A stretch of DNA of 64,000 nucleotides from Promethearchaeota archaeon (GCA_014728035.1 WJMJ01000079.1:64001-128000), one strand, 5' to 3'; shown: positions 29,293 through 40,318, counted from the first letter of the stretch. The notes: generated by a model from the sequence alone, not told the origin. Translations and numbers: made by a program.

Positions 29293-29883
29293 ATGGATAT
29301 AATGGTAATAGTCACATCATCATTTCTCTTTGCTTTTCAGATCACACCTCTTGTCGTCTTAGTAGCTACTGCGATTCGAAGTGTGATTCTTCTGACAGGT
29401 AGGAGAAGAGCATTTGTGACCTGGACCAGAAACTCTCTGCTTTCTGCGATATCCATTATTTTTGCACCAGGAATGATAATCAATACTGGAGTAAGATATG
29501 GAATCTGTTCTTTATTTGGTATTGATATGGATGGATTTGGTGCAAACAGTACCTATGCTGAGCTTAACCTCTTCCTTCGTGTTGAACGGCCACCAAGAGT
29601 ATTGGTTTTGGTCACAGCCCTTTTCATAAGTACCGTACTCTCAGTATTCCTTGGGTTCATTTTGATTGTGTTGCCAATGGTTATTATTATTGGAGCACCT
29701 GTTGTCTTAGTCTGTTGGTATATTGCGGTCTGCATATTGTTTAACACTTCAATTCGTGGAGGAGATGTCACTCTACTAGGAGCAGCCCTCAAGGGGCAGC
29801 CCGGAAGAGGTATAGCTGAATTAATCCTCTCTATTTCAATCATCGTTTTTCTTTACATTGCACTAAGTGGGGTGATAGCGTGA
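29293..29883 (+). CDS. multi-TM membrane protein
   Basis: 4-5 hydrophobic helices; AGGTG RBS; directly upstream of the giant surface-protein gene. Confidence 0.75.
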   Translation: MDIMVIVTSSFLFAFQITPLVVLVATAIRSVILLTGRRRAFVTWTRNSLLSAISIIFAPGMIINTGVRYGICSLFGIDMDGFGANSTYAELNLFLRVERPPRVLVLVTALFISTVLSVFLGFILIVLPMVIIIGAPVVLVCWYIAVCILFNTSIRGGDVTLLGAALKGQPGRGIAELILSISIIVFLYIALSGVIA

Positions 29884-30030
29884 AAATAGATACCAAGTCC
29901 CGGGTAGATTCTGATTTTTCAGGTCATGGAGGTCCCCCCTCATTTTCGACTAAACCACGCCAAAATAACTCCAACTATAATTTCCGGGACACCCTCTTTA
30001 TTTCGTATGTTCATCTTGGGAGGTATATTC

Positions 30031-33000
30031 TTGATACGTAAGAGCTTGACGATTTTGATGTTGTTTGTGATGTTGTGTCCTATAATTTTCAATACTACGC
30101 TCCTCTCACCTTCATCGGCTAGCACTATAGAACCTAGCACCTTCAAACCTATTAGTCAGTCTCTCCTCGCTTCAGACTCTGGAACAGTTGTGGATACGTC
30201 AGTGTATTCGGTTCTTGAACTAACTAATGGAGGAATTAGCCCGACTGGAGATGAGTGGTCATTATTACTCAATGAGTCTGGTATTGTATCAAATGTTATT
30301 ACAGTAGGACAAATTCTTTCAAATTCTTCAATCATCGATAGCTCGGTAGCAATCCTACTTGATAATAGTCTTGGATCCGAAAATGGTACTTCTGTTTCTG
30401 AATCACTGCTTGACATTCTGGTAAAACGTGATGCACCAATCATTGCTCTTGGTCAAGCTGCTTGGCTTCTTCACAGATTTCGCAAAACAAGTCCACCCTC
30501 TATGACCGCTCCTTCTACCACTTCTCTCCTTACCTCATCTCCTTATGAAGGAGCGGTTTTTCTTAACAAGCCGTTTCCTCTGGTTCCAGAATGTACATTA
30601 TTTACAGAGAGTATGAATATACCAGTTGACCAAATACAAGCTGAACATTCTCGAATCGTAAATCTGGTAGGAACAGTTTCTTCCAATGATATAGCTCCTC
30701 TTAGATATGATTCTTGGCCGCTTGATATCTTTCTATACTCACCTTCCAATCCTGGTCTGCTTACTGGTAGCGGAAAAGACCTACTTGTTAACATCCTTTC
30801 TTATTGTACATCATTAGGTGAAAGTGAAATAACCCTTAACCTGCAAAATCAACAGGTAACCAATAGCTCGCCCTTTATTGGAGGATTTCAACACTCCCAT
30901 GAACCAAAGTTATCTTCCACATATTATGCAATTCAAGCAATGAATAGTCTGAAAAACAATTCACAGTGGATTGAATGGGTATCAGTAAACAATCATTCCA
31001 TGCTTGAACAATTGAGTTCTATTTATGAAGAAGATACTACAGAAGCATGGTTTCTACCGCATTCTTCTAGTACCTCTTTTGATGTCGATAGTACAGCACA
31101 GGGACTCTGGTTAGTTTCTATTTTGAATCTTTCAGACTCGTTTAATGTTGAAAAAGTATCTACTTATTTAGCAAATCAACAATCTATTGATGGCGATTTT
31201 GGTAATAATATCTTGACTACCTCAATCGTTCTGTTAGCATTAGAACAAGCACAAAAACTATCTTCGATAGACACCTCAAAAGCTGAAAATTGGTTGCGTT
31301 CTTGTGTAATTGATGGTGGAAAAACAAACGAATCGAAACTCTGGGGTGGTATTGGAAAAAACCCTACCGATCTAAATCCTTCTAATCACTATGCCCTAGC
31401 TCTCCTAACTGGATTGGATGCACTTGACACAAATCACGATGACCCTCTGAAATTAACAGAGTGGATTACCGTAAAGACTGGAAATCTTGACGGTTCTTAC
31501 AACAACACCCTTGATTCGATATCTGAGATTGTAATTGGAACCGCGTGTGCACTCTCTTCATTGAGTATTATGGGAACTTTAACAACGGAGAATCGTACTG
31601 CTGGTTTTTCGTGGCTTACAGATAACCAATTGGATAGTGGAGGGTTTGGTATCGAAAAACATCCTCGGGATGTGGTTGCCAAAGTAAAAGAATCATCTTT
31701 AGTTTCATGTAGCTTATGGCATATTGGAGAAATCTCAACCGAAGTCGCTACTAAGTTAACCTCTTTCTTTGAAAGTTGCAAGTCACCGTACGGATTCGAG
31801 GAAATGGAAAGAATTCCAAGTTTGATGTGGAGTTCTTGGTTGTCACAGGTAGCAAGATATAGTCATGGATGGAATCATTTAGATAACGAGCTCTTTGCTT
31901 CATACATAGAAGTAGTTGACTCTTGGACTATCTATCCTTTTTGGAATAACTTATCAACACTCCTTGCATTAGAATACAATTTTGATCAGTACCGAACGAA
32001 AAGTGTGTGGACCCAATATTTCGGTATTACATCAGCAATATTCTCTGGGCTTTCTCTATCATCGGAAATCATTGGATCTACTGAGGCGTACTTGAGCACA
32101 CAGCAAGCGTCATCCGGTCATTATCGGAACTCCATGATGTTAGATACTCCCTCAATCCAATATAGTATAGCTGCAATCGAAACACTGCATCTTCTGAATT
32201 CTCTTGGTACTATTCAATATCGATCAGAACTAGAAAACAAGATCCTTAGTGAATATTCGTCTGGTTTATGGTCTTCCGCGTCATGGACACTGAGACCATT
32301 TGCTGGATGTCAGCCTGCAATAGATTATCTTTCCACTCGTGCTGCAGTTAGACTAGAAATTGTAACATCTACAATGGCCGATGAGATTGAAGCAGTTATT
32401 ACCTCTCGAATACAATATGATGATTTATGGAAATTGAGTTGTGATGTCGCGACTCTTGCCTTGCTAAATTCTTCAGGATTTAGCGTCAACTTAGAATCTA
32501 TTAACTGTACAAAAGTTTTGGAATCTTTGGGATCAAATCCATTTTCAGACGGGTGGTACAATTCTACAGAGTTATGGCAACCTGTTTATACTGCTCAGAT
32601 TCTTGAAATGGTATCAATATTGGGAATCAGGACTCAACTTTGGGGCGTGAAAGGATCCATAATTTCTGTGTCTTGTTCACCAACAGTAGATATTAGAGAA
32701 TCAATTGAACTCGCTATAGCAATTACGTCTGATATACCCGAAAACAGGTTGGTTGTTCATGCTTTCGGCATTTCACGTAGTTTTGATGATGTGCTATCAA
32801 CTGATTCAATTAGCATTCCAATTCCTCAAGAAGCGAATGCTCTAGGCCCAGTCAATATATCTGTCATGGTAGTCAATTGGAATAAGTCACGAGGATTTGA
32901 TATCTGTTCAGTTGATGTTCTCGGAAGTATCACGGGAAATTTAGAGGTTCATACACATCAGGTGCTTCCTGGCCAACTAATCAATTCTACTTTGTCATTC

Positions 33001-36000
33001 TACTTGGCTGATTCGATTGAACTTGATGATTGTAACATCTCAATAAAAGTTGAGAATTCTACCACCTCTTTTGATTGGTCATATATCGAATCATCTCCAT
33101 TTCAAATACAAACTCCTACTGACGAATTGACATCTGGTTCTTACGATATGATTGTTGAAGTTTCACACGAATTCTGTGATTCCTTATTACTCACTGATAC
33201 TGTGACGATTGAAGCACCCATTGCAACATATATTCAAACAGTCGGAAATCTATCTGTTTTAATAGGTGATAGTGCTACTATCAATTGGTCTCTCTGCTTC
33301 ATGTCTAATGATAGTTTTATCTCAGATCAGAAGGTTTTGCTTTCGATATATGATGATGAAAACCAGATAGTGAAACAGGAAACCATGATTTCAAAATCAA
33401 CTGTTCAAAGCTTTTCATGGAGCCCTGAGGTACGTGGAAACTACACTTATACTTTAGAGTTTGCACAAAATGGGTCTTTCGTTAGTTCAGAATCTACTTC
33501 ATTTATTGAAGTATTTGAACAGACCGAGTTGAGTTGGAAATCCGAAAGTATTGCATTTCAATATGACACTATAGCCTTAACAGGACGACTCACAAATACA
33601 TCTGGATTTGCAATACCCTCATCCGATATCCACGTTCAAGTAACATCTCCAATCTCTACAATTGTTATTGATTCAGTCTATCAAACAAATTCGACTGGGT
33701 ATATCACATTTCCATTGTCTTTGAATTTTAATGGATATTATCTAATACATCTGGAGTATAATGGAGAGTTCTATCGAACTGCAATTGATTTAGATACCTC
33801 ATTGCTTTCATGGACCGATACATCTGTAGATATCTTATCTTTTCCATCCGAAGGTATTGTTGATTCTCAATATTCTATAACTGCGCTACTCTCAGACTCA
33901 GTAGAGAATCCAATTTCTAATCAACCCATCCTTGTGAGAATTACCTATCTACCCTCCTTGATCGTCTATGAAAACACCTTCGTGACAAATGCATCCGGAC
34001 ACATTACGACAGATTGGTCCGGGTCAAGTGCTGGATCATATTATGTAGAAATAATCTTCTCAGGTTCGATAACTTATGGTACTTCGAATTCTTCCCATCA
34101 AATTGAGTTGCGTTTGAATCTCCAAATCAGTTTATATCCTGAAACTAGCTATGATGTTAATAATACTGGAAGTTTTCTAATTGAAGTGCTAGACCAAGAT
34201 GGTTATGAAGTTTCCAACATTCTAGTTCAAATTGCAATATACAATTCATCACATCAATTGGTCTATGAAACCTCTGCGCTTATTGAGTCAGGTTTCTGCG
34301 ATGTTACATGGACTCCTATTATGCGAGGTTGGATGAACTTCAGTGTTACTATTGATCGTCAACATTGGTATGAAAGTGAGTTTGCATGGACCGAAATCGC
34401 AGTGTACGATACTCCACTTCTCTCAGTTTCAGTTTCGGATGAACTAGTAGCTCCTTCAGTTATCAACTCGATTATTTTAGTACAAGATTCTAATCTACAC
34501 CCTATTGGGCTTGTTTCTGTCAATATTGAAGTTCAATTAGATGGGCAAGTAATCGAAACCTACTCAAATCAAACAGACTCGCAAGGTGAAATCATTCTAA
34601 CTATAAATGTTGAAAATCCTGGTGTTCTCTCCATATTCTCAACACTCACTTCTCAAGGATACCTTAGATTTAGGTCAAATGAAACTCAATATGATATACT
34701 TGGAAGTACAACTCTGACTCTTACTACCCCCACTCAACCAATATCTCAGGGAACGACGGTTGTAATTGTAGCAACTTTACTTAATTGGGATTCGAATCCA
34801 TTGGTTGGAAAGAATATTGATATTCGTGTTTCATGGTCTAATGGAACCTTGATCTTCTCAAACATCAAAACAACCAGCTCAGCTGGAAAAGCAAGTACTT
34901 CTTATACATTTTCTGTTGTAGGTGATTACTTGATTGAAGTTAGGTTCAATGGCGACTTGGATAACGCTAAATCAGAAAGTACCAAACCTCAGCGAGTTTA
35001 TATCACGCCCTCAGTTTATCTTGATGTCACTCAAACTTGCTATTTAGATGAACCCCTTTCCTTATCTATTGGCATCACAGACTATTATGGTAGTTTCATT
35101 CCTGGGAGAACTTTGTTAATTAGAATTCTAGAAGATGGTATTGTAATAAACGAAACACAGGTGGAATCTACATGTGATATATCAACTATCCTTTGGATTC
35201 CGTTGAATAGAGGAGTAATCTCCGTTGTCTTACTGCACGCAGGAGACCTTTACTTCTATTCGAATTCTACCGACGAAACAGTCACGATATACGAATCAAT
35301 ATCTGGTGCTTTAGAGTCTGATACATCCACTGTTGAATTGTTTGACAGCACTGAATTTACATATCAAATCATTGATGCCTCGGAAAATGAAAGTATACTG
35401 ATAGAGTTCCAAGTTCTGGGTGTAGACTTGATACCAGTCTGGATTGCTCAACAGTTAACCAACTCGTCTGGAATGGCATCGGTAAATTATTTGGCTGATG
35501 ATACGCATGGAATCCTAACTATTCGTGCTTTTCCTGTAGAGAGCGAGTTTCTTACTGGTGGAACGAAACAAATCCAGTTGACAGTACGAACCGATTGTTC
35601 ATCCTTTATTGGACTTGCACCTTTCCCTCCTGCTTTGGGTGGATCTGTTAATATTTCTATTCAAGTGCTTGATGAATTCTCAGAACCTTTACAATCTGTT
35701 AGAGTACTGGTCAGTTTAGAAGACCCATATGGTGAACCTGTTCAGTTTGGAATTTATTCCACTAAAATTGTCTATACTAACTCTGAAGGTTATGCTATTG
35801 TTGAATTTACTCCCCAAATTAGTGGTAGCTACAAAATATCATTAAGCTCGGATGGTAGTGATACTGTAAACAGTTTTTCCACCTCTGAGCATAAAACCAT
35901 CTATTGTCCCACCGGAATTTCCTTGCACCTAAATCAATCGGACATTAGAGTGGGTGATGGAATAATCATTTCAGCATGTTTGAATGATTATTTTACTTCA

Positions 36001-37899
36001 GCTATTCCTTCTCAGAATCTTACTTTCATTCTTGATGGACCTGGAAGTGCTGGTTTTGGCCCTCTGGATATAATCACTAATAGTTCCGGATATGCTGTAT
36101 TGGAGGTATCAATTCAGGCTGAAGGTCTATGGACCGTAGTAGTAGAATTTGATGGAATTGGAGTATATCTCGGTTCATTATCAAGTTATGAAATAGACGC
36201 AGACTATGGCACCTCTATCCTAATAGATCATGATTCTGACCAACAACCAGTAGCTGAAGTAGAATCTCTGTTTGTAGAGGTGCAACTAGTAGATGATGAT
36301 GATAGAGTATTAGAAGGATTTACAATCAGCTATTTTGTGTATCATGAAATATCTGGTCTTGTAGATTCCAATTCTATTATCCAAGATAGTCAAACTCCTC
36401 TTGGCATTAATATCTCATTCACAACAATGGGAGAACATACTATTGTTTTCAGTTTTTCAGGTACTACCCACTATCATCCATCATCGAACGCTATACTCTG
36501 CTGGGTTCTTGGTACAACATCTGTCAATGTATCTTTGCCATCCAGTATTGACAGGTCGGAGAATCGAAATGTTTCAATTAGAATCTTTGATGAAACTAGC
36601 TCACCCCTTCCTCCCTCTCAATCTTTTATGTTGTTAGAACTTATTTACGAGGAAAGCTCGATTAACATTGAAGACCGGATTTTCTGGCTTGATGACACAG
36701 TTAGGGTGAACATCACTGCACTCTCTATAGGTTTGTATACTCTACGAATAATTATTGAAAGCACCAATGAACGAATAGGATTGACTTCAGAATCCAGTTT
36801 CACAGTAACATCAAATGTAACCATAAATGTGATTGATGAAACCCTATCGGGGATTATAGATGAAGAACACAGCATAACAATTATGCTTCATGATTCACTA
36901 GATGTTGAGGTCCCCAATCTTGAAGTTCAGGTAAGTATTTTCAATCCTAATAACAGAGAGATATTTGGAAATCCTCTCACGTCATATACATTAATTTCAG
37001 TAGAAGCTGGTGGCTATCAGATTTCCTTCACACCGTCTCTATCTGGAAACTATTCAATCGTCATTTCTTTCAATGGGAATCTCTTTTTGAGTTCTGCTAA
37101 TTATGAAAGAACTATACTTGCCCGTGTTCAGACACAATTATCCATTGAGATTTTCAATGATTGGGAATTCGGGGAATCAGTTTCTATTTCAGTAAATCTT
37201 GTCGGGGGTATTTCAAAAATGAAGGATGAATTGATTTTCATATCTATTTATCGTGATAGCACATTCGTATCTGATTATGAAATAAGTACCTCTGCAAATG
37301 GCATTGGCTCGATAGAAATTATGCCAGAACTATCTGGAAATTATGTGGTTATTGCAAAATACCAAGGAACCGATTACTTCGCACCAGCTATGATTGAGAG
37401 TACTTTCCAAATACTTCCTAGACTTTCTATTAGTCAAACTGGATCAACAGGCATTTATGTCGGACTTGATAGCACAATCCATTTTGAAATTAGAGTGGTT
37501 GGTGTTTCAACAGAATGGGTTGGAAATGTCAGTATTGAGATTTTCGATTCGGAAAACAAAAAAGTCGAAGAGAAAACTATCGAGATTAATTCATTTGAAA
37601 TCTTCTCAGTTTCATTCATACCTGAATCAGTAGGAGTATATTTCTTCAAATTTAATGTTAGCACAGTTCCAATTCTTACTAACCTGACACATGAATTTCA
37701 ATTCGAAGCATTCACTGTTCCTATATACATGCATCTTGATGTTGGAACAGTTCCTGTAGTCAGTGGCATTGGGATAATAGTTGTATTTGCTTTGATTTTT
37801 ACGCAGCGACTCAATAATGTTTCAGTAAAGTTACCCTCTGAATGGGGTTACGGGCGTTCTAGAGGTGAAGAGAAAAAGACTGCAATATCTTCAAGATAA
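30031..37899 (+). CDS. giant cell-surface protein: signal peptide, prenyltransferase/squalene-cyclase-like alpha/alpha barrel repeats, many Ig-like repeats, C-terminal TM anchor
   Basis: GGAGGT RBS + TTG 30031 (MIRKSLTILMLFVML); repeats YLANQQSIDGDFG, WLTDNQLDSGGFG, YLSTQQASSGHY; recurrent TN.SG...G.Y.I...F.G...Y..S; TM VSGIGIIVVFALIF; many N-x-S/T sequons. Confidence 0.8.
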   Translation: MIRKSLTILMLFVMLCPIIFNTTLLSPSSASTIEPSTFKPISQSLLASDSGTVVDTSVYSVLELTNGGISPTGDEWSLLLNESGIVSNVITVGQILSNSSIIDSSVAILLDNSLGSENGTSVSESLLDILVKRDAPIIALGQAAWLLHRFRKTSPPSMTAPSTTSLLTSSPYEGAVFLNKPFPLVPECTLFTESMNIPVDQIQAEHSRIVNLVGTVSSNDIAPLRYDSWPLDIFLYSPSNPGLLTGSGKDLLVNILSYCTSLGESEITLNLQNQQVTNSSPFIGGFQHSHEPKLSSTYYAIQAMNSLKNNSQWIEWVSVNNHSMLEQLSSIYEEDTTEAWFLPHSSSTSFDVDSTAQGLWLVSILNLSDSFNVEKVSTYLANQQSIDGDFGNNILTTSIVLLALEQAQKLSSIDTSKAENWLRSCVIDGGKTNESKLWGGIGKNPTDLNPSNHYALALLTGLDALDTNHDDPLKLTEWITVKTGNLDGSYNNTLDSISEIVIGTACALSSLSIMGTLTTENRTAGFSWLTDNQLDSGGFGIEKHPRDVVAKVKESSLVSCSLWHIGEISTEVATKLTSFFESCKSPYGFEEMERIPSLMWSSWLSQVARYSHGWNHLDNELFASYIEVVDSWTIYPFWNNLSTLLALEYNFDQYRTKSVWTQYFGITSAIFSGLSLSSEIIGSTEAYLSTQQASSGHYRNSMMLDTPSIQYSIAAIETLHLLNSLGTIQYRSELENKILSEYSSGLWSSASWTLRPFAGCQPAIDYLSTRAAVRLEIVTSTMADEIEAVITSRIQYDDLWKLSCDVATLALLNSSGFSVNLESINCTKVLESLGSNPFSDGWYNSTELWQPVYTAQILEMVSILGIRTQLWGVKGSIISVSCSPTVDIRESIELAIAITSDIPENRLVVHAFGISRSFDDVLSTDSISIPIPQEANALGPVNISVMVVNWNKSRGFDICSVDVLGSITGNLEVHTHQVLPGQLINSTLSFYLADSIELDDCNISIKVENSTTSFDWSYIESSPFQIQTPTDELTSGSYDMIVEVSHEFCDSLLLTDTVTIEAPIATYIQTVGNLSVLIGDSATINWSLCFMSNDSFISDQKVLLSIYDDENQIVKQETMISKSTVQSFSWSPEVRGNYTYTLEFAQNGSFVSSESTSFIEVFEQTELSWKSESIAFQYDTIALTGRLTNTSGFAIPSSDIHVQVTSPISTIVIDSVYQTNSTGYITFPLSLNFNGYYLIHLEYNGEFYRTAIDLDTSLLSWTDTSVDILSFPSEGIVDSQYSITALLSDSVENPISNQPILVRITYLPSLIVYENTFVTNASGHITTDWSGSSAGSYYVEIIFSGSITYGTSNSSHQIELRLNLQISLYPETSYDVNNTGSFLIEVLDQDGYEVSNILVQIAIYNSSHQLVYETSALIESGFCDVTWTPIMRGWMNFSVTIDRQHWYESEFAWTEIAVYDTPLLSVSVSDELVAPSVINSIILVQDSNLHPIGLVSVNIEVQLDGQVIETYSNQTDSQGEIILTINVENPGVLSIFSTLTSQGYLRFRSNETQYDILGSTTLTLTTPTQPISQGTTVVIVATLLNWDSNPLVGKNIDIRVSWSNGTLIFSNIKTTSSAGKASTSYTFSVVGDYLIEVRFNGDLDNAKSESTKPQRVYITPSVYLDVTQTCYLDEPLSLSIGITDYYGSFIPGRTLLIRILEDGIVINETQVESTCDISTILWIPLNRGVISVVLLHAGDLYFYSNSTDETVTIYESISGALESDTSTVELFDSTEFTYQIIDASENESILIEFQVLGVDLIPVWIAQQLTNSSGMASVNYLADDTHGILTIRAFPVESEFLTGGTKQIQLTVRTDCSSFIGLAPFPPALGGSVNISIQVLDEFSEPLQSVRVLVSLEDPYGEPVQFGIYSTKIVYTNSEGYAIVEFTPQISGSYKISLSSDGSDTVNSFSTSEHKTIYCPTGISLHLNQSDIRVGDGIIISACLNDYFTSAIPSQNLTFILDGPGSAGFGPLDIITNSSGYAVLEVSIQAEGLWTVVVEFDGIGVYLGSLSSYEIDADYGTSILIDHDSDQQPVAEVESLFVEVQLVDDDDRVLEGFTISYFVYHEISGLVDSNSIIQDSQTPLGINISFTTMGEHTIVFSFSGTTHYHPSSNAILCWVLGTTSVNVSLPSSIDRSENRNVSIRIFDETSSPLPPSQSFMLLELIYEESSINIEDRIFWLDDTVRVNITALSIGLYTLRIIIESTNERIGLTSESSFTVTSNVTINVIDETLSGIIDEEHSITIMLHDSLDVEVPNLEVQVSIFNPNNREIFGNPLTSYTLISVEAGGYQISFTPSLSGNYSIVISFNGNLFLSSANYERTILARVQTQLSIEIFNDWEFGESVSISVNLVGGISKMKDELIFISIYRDSTFVSDYEISTSANGIGSIEIMPELSGNYVVIAKYQGTDYFAPAMIESTFQILPRLSISQTGSTGIYVGLDSTIHFEIRVVGVSTEWVGNVSIEIFDSENKKVEEKTIEINSFEIFSVSFIPESVGVYFFKFNVSTVPILTNLTHEFQFEAFTVPIYMHLDVGTVPVVSGIGIIVVFALIFTQRLNNVSVKLPSEWGYGRSRGEEKKTAISSR

Positions 37900-37916
37900 C
37901 TTGGTATTTGTATAAC

Positions 37917-39887
37917 TTAGCTGATTTGACTTAAGAGACCTGATAGATCTTCATCCCACGAACCGTCTTGTCGAAGCAATCGCTGAAATCTATTATTTTT
38001 ATATGATTCAAAACCTCTTACATTATCGATTCTTACCACCATTCCATCATCCAAAGCGATAGCAGGTAATTGTTTCATAAGTTTGTATAGATCGGGTTGA
38101 GGAATTCGAGAAAATGCATAGAGTTTTTCCAAATTCTCAGATACATGAGCTGTTGTGGTTGGAAGGTATTTCAATAAGGCTCTAGTTAATGATAGAATCT
38201 TTGGTTTTGGCCCTTGCGCAATAGTCAGCACACTTGGGATACTATAGAAGGTTGGTCGGTAGAAGTAATCGAGTGCATTTACTCCTTTCAGTTTTTCAAA
38301 TGCAGAAATCATAGACTCGGGTTCAACGTCAAAATGGTTCCAGAATTCTTTTTTCTCGCCTACTGTTAGATATATCCTGTGAGTAGCTAAATCAAGAGCT
38401 TTTGCATCCGATTCTGAGAGTTTGATACTCTTTTTTCCTCTATATCCCGGATATTCGTTGTTTAACCGTCTCAACGTGTAATCCTTTTTCATTGCTTTGA
38501 GAATTTTAGGAACATCCACAAACCAGTCATTCTTTTCTTTATCGAAAATATCAAGATTAGTTTGAAATTTTGACCAACCTATCTCTGTAAACTTCTGGTC
38601 GGTTCTTCTTAGTCGCTCAATGGCGTTCTTTGGCATGTTCATGATCTGAATATATTCAGGTTTCAGAAGTGGATTTCCAAATTGTGCTAGTATTTCTAGG
38701 TGTTTGTGAGGCCATCGATGTGCAGCGCCTATATATACAATCCTAGGCAAGTTTATTGCATTGGTGTGATAAAAGGGGGTTATTCCAACTCCATACTCCA
38801 TGATAATCAGACGTTTTCTCCACAGCTCTTTAGATTTCCTTGCTGTTTCTTCTGATACTGGTGATTCAACTATGACTTTATTTTGTTTCATTAGGTTCTT
38901 GCAAATCTCAATTGCATCCCTGGTCCAATCTGGAAATTCTTCAGCAATCTTCTCCACTGCTAGTTGCCACGGCTCTTGATATCTCATTGCTTCCAAGCTT
39001 CTTTTCGGAAATTTGAGTTGCCCTTTAGCTGCCTGTTCAAATGCTTCTGCATATCTTGGAATGTTTGCATCATCCAACACACATTGGATATGGCCAAACA
39101 TCAGGGTATGCAATATGTATTTATCACCCAGATTTTCGAAGAACCGTGTCGAGTACATCTCATTTTTATCAAATTTGATTAACCATGCGTAGAAGATTCT
39201 TATCTCATTCCGAACACTCAATGGGAAGTCTGAAGGTATGTATCTATCAAGGGCTTCTCTTAATGTCTGTGGTTTGCTAGATGAAGAGATTGACATTTTT
39301 CCTCCCAACTTGGCTAGATCCGACCAAGATGGAGCCCCTTGATTGAGAATTTCGCTAAAATCATTTGATTGAAAAAACAAAGTTTTCATGATTTCTATAG
39401 ATTCATACTCCGTCTTCATGATTAGAAAATTTTTCTCATATTCTTTAATCAAACGAGAAACGAATAGATATCTTGTTTCGGGATCAAGTATTGTCAACCA
39501 ATACTTATTGGCTTCTGATGAATTGTTGATAAGGACAATCATTTCTCGCCCTTCACGATTGATACGGCTAACCCATGAACCATTGGTTTTTGGATACATG
39601 ATGACTGGTTTCATAATAGGACCTAATTGATAGCTTTTTTTCCCGACATATTGCACATGAATATCTACTGCGATTTCTTGAGCAAGTTTTTTTCTCTGAC
39701 TAATTCCAGAGTTATCCGTAAATATTTCATTATTAAAATACAGAATGACATCATTAGATCTATGTGAGAATGATTCAGTATCTGTTTTCACGGTATATCC
39801 GTCTGGAGTATATTCTATTATTGCCCATTCTTTCTGTCCTCCTCTAACAGATACCTTGATTCTAGTTCCTGAAACCTTGCTAGACAT
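37917..39887 (-). CDS. large putative regulator, paralog of 26955-29006
   Basis: collinear C-terminal motifs TNLDIFDKEKNDW, LSESDAKALDL, FYRP, LYAFSRIP, FQRLLRQDGSW. Confidence 0.6.
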   Translation of the reverse strand: MSSKVSGTRIKVSVRGGQKEWAIIEYTPDGYTVKTDTESFSHRSNDVILYFNNEIFTDNSGISQRKKLAQEIAVDIHVQYVGKKSYQLGPIMKPVIMYPKTNGSWVSRINREGREMIVLINNSSEANKYWLTILDPETRYLFVSRLIKEYEKNFLIMKTEYESIEIMKTLFFQSNDFSEILNQGAPSWSDLAKLGGKMSISSSSKPQTLREALDRYIPSDFPLSVRNEIRIFYAWLIKFDKNEMYSTRFFENLGDKYILHTLMFGHIQCVLDDANIPRYAEAFEQAAKGQLKFPKRSLEAMRYQEPWQLAVEKIAEEFPDWTRDAIEICKNLMKQNKVIVESPVSEETARKSKELWRKRLIIMEYGVGITPFYHTNAINLPRIVYIGAAHRWPHKHLEILAQFGNPLLKPEYIQIMNMPKNAIERLRRTDQKFTEIGWSKFQTNLDIFDKEKNDWFVDVPKILKAMKKDYTLRRLNNEYPGYRGKKSIKLSESDAKALDLATHRIYLTVGEKKEFWNHFDVEPESMISAFEKLKGVNALDYFYRPTFYSIPSVLTIAQGPKPKILSLTRALLKYLPTTTAHVSENLEKLYAFSRIPQPDLYKLMKQLPAIALDDGMVVRIDNVRGFESYKNNRFQRLLRQDGSWDEDLSGLLSQIS

Positions 39888-39964
39888 GACCTTTACTCGT
39901 CATGAGAGAAGGAGTTGATATATTTAGATTTCCCTACAAGGAAAAACTTGATGAAAGAATTAGT

Positions 39965-40046
39965 ATGAGATGCCCGATGTGAGCATCTCATGGGTTCGGA
40001 ATCTGAGGCTGGTGCTTACCAGGGGCCGTCAGATCCGCGGGGTGGG
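39965..40046 (-). ncRNA. candidate structured non-coding element (two GC-rich hairpins)
   Basis: perfect 9-bp inverted repeat 39965-39973/39983-39991; long stem 39997-40006/40029-40037 enclosing CTGGT-N4-ACCAG; GC-rich against an AT-rich background. Confidence 0.4.
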
Positions 40047-40278
40047 AATTCATTTGTCTTAGTCATTATTGTTCACTGAATATTAATTCCCTTCCCCAAT
40101 CGAAAATTCCCTATATCATTAGTAGCTAATCTAGATGCGAAAAATACCACTTACCTATCATAGTAATGCTATATTTCCGGGTAGCTTAAATTGCATCATT
40201 TGCAAATTAGTATGCAGTTGATAGTAGGTGGGAGCGAGTGCATACAGATTCTATACGAAACTCAACCATTAAAATATA

Positions 40279-40318
40279 CAAAAAGAAAAGTAGTAGAGGG
40301 TCACATTTTACGTGACCC
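40279..40318 (-). terminator. stem-loop + U-tract terminator after the tfb pair
   Basis: GGGTCAC-N7-GTGACCC followed on the minus strand by CTTTTCTTTTT. Confidence 0.6.

Noticed and set aside
30031-37899. alpha-2-macroglobulin/complement thioester protein, active squalene cyclase, or fusexin
   Set aside because: No CxEQ thioester motif (only GCQP), no DxDD catalytic motif recognised, and no Cys-patterned class II fusogen ectodomain visible
39997-40038. SECIS element or tRNA
   Set aside because: The UGA arm pairs Watson-Crick rather than forming a GA/GA quartet, no UGA-readthrough selenoprotein is evident nearby, and there is no cloverleaf or T-arm
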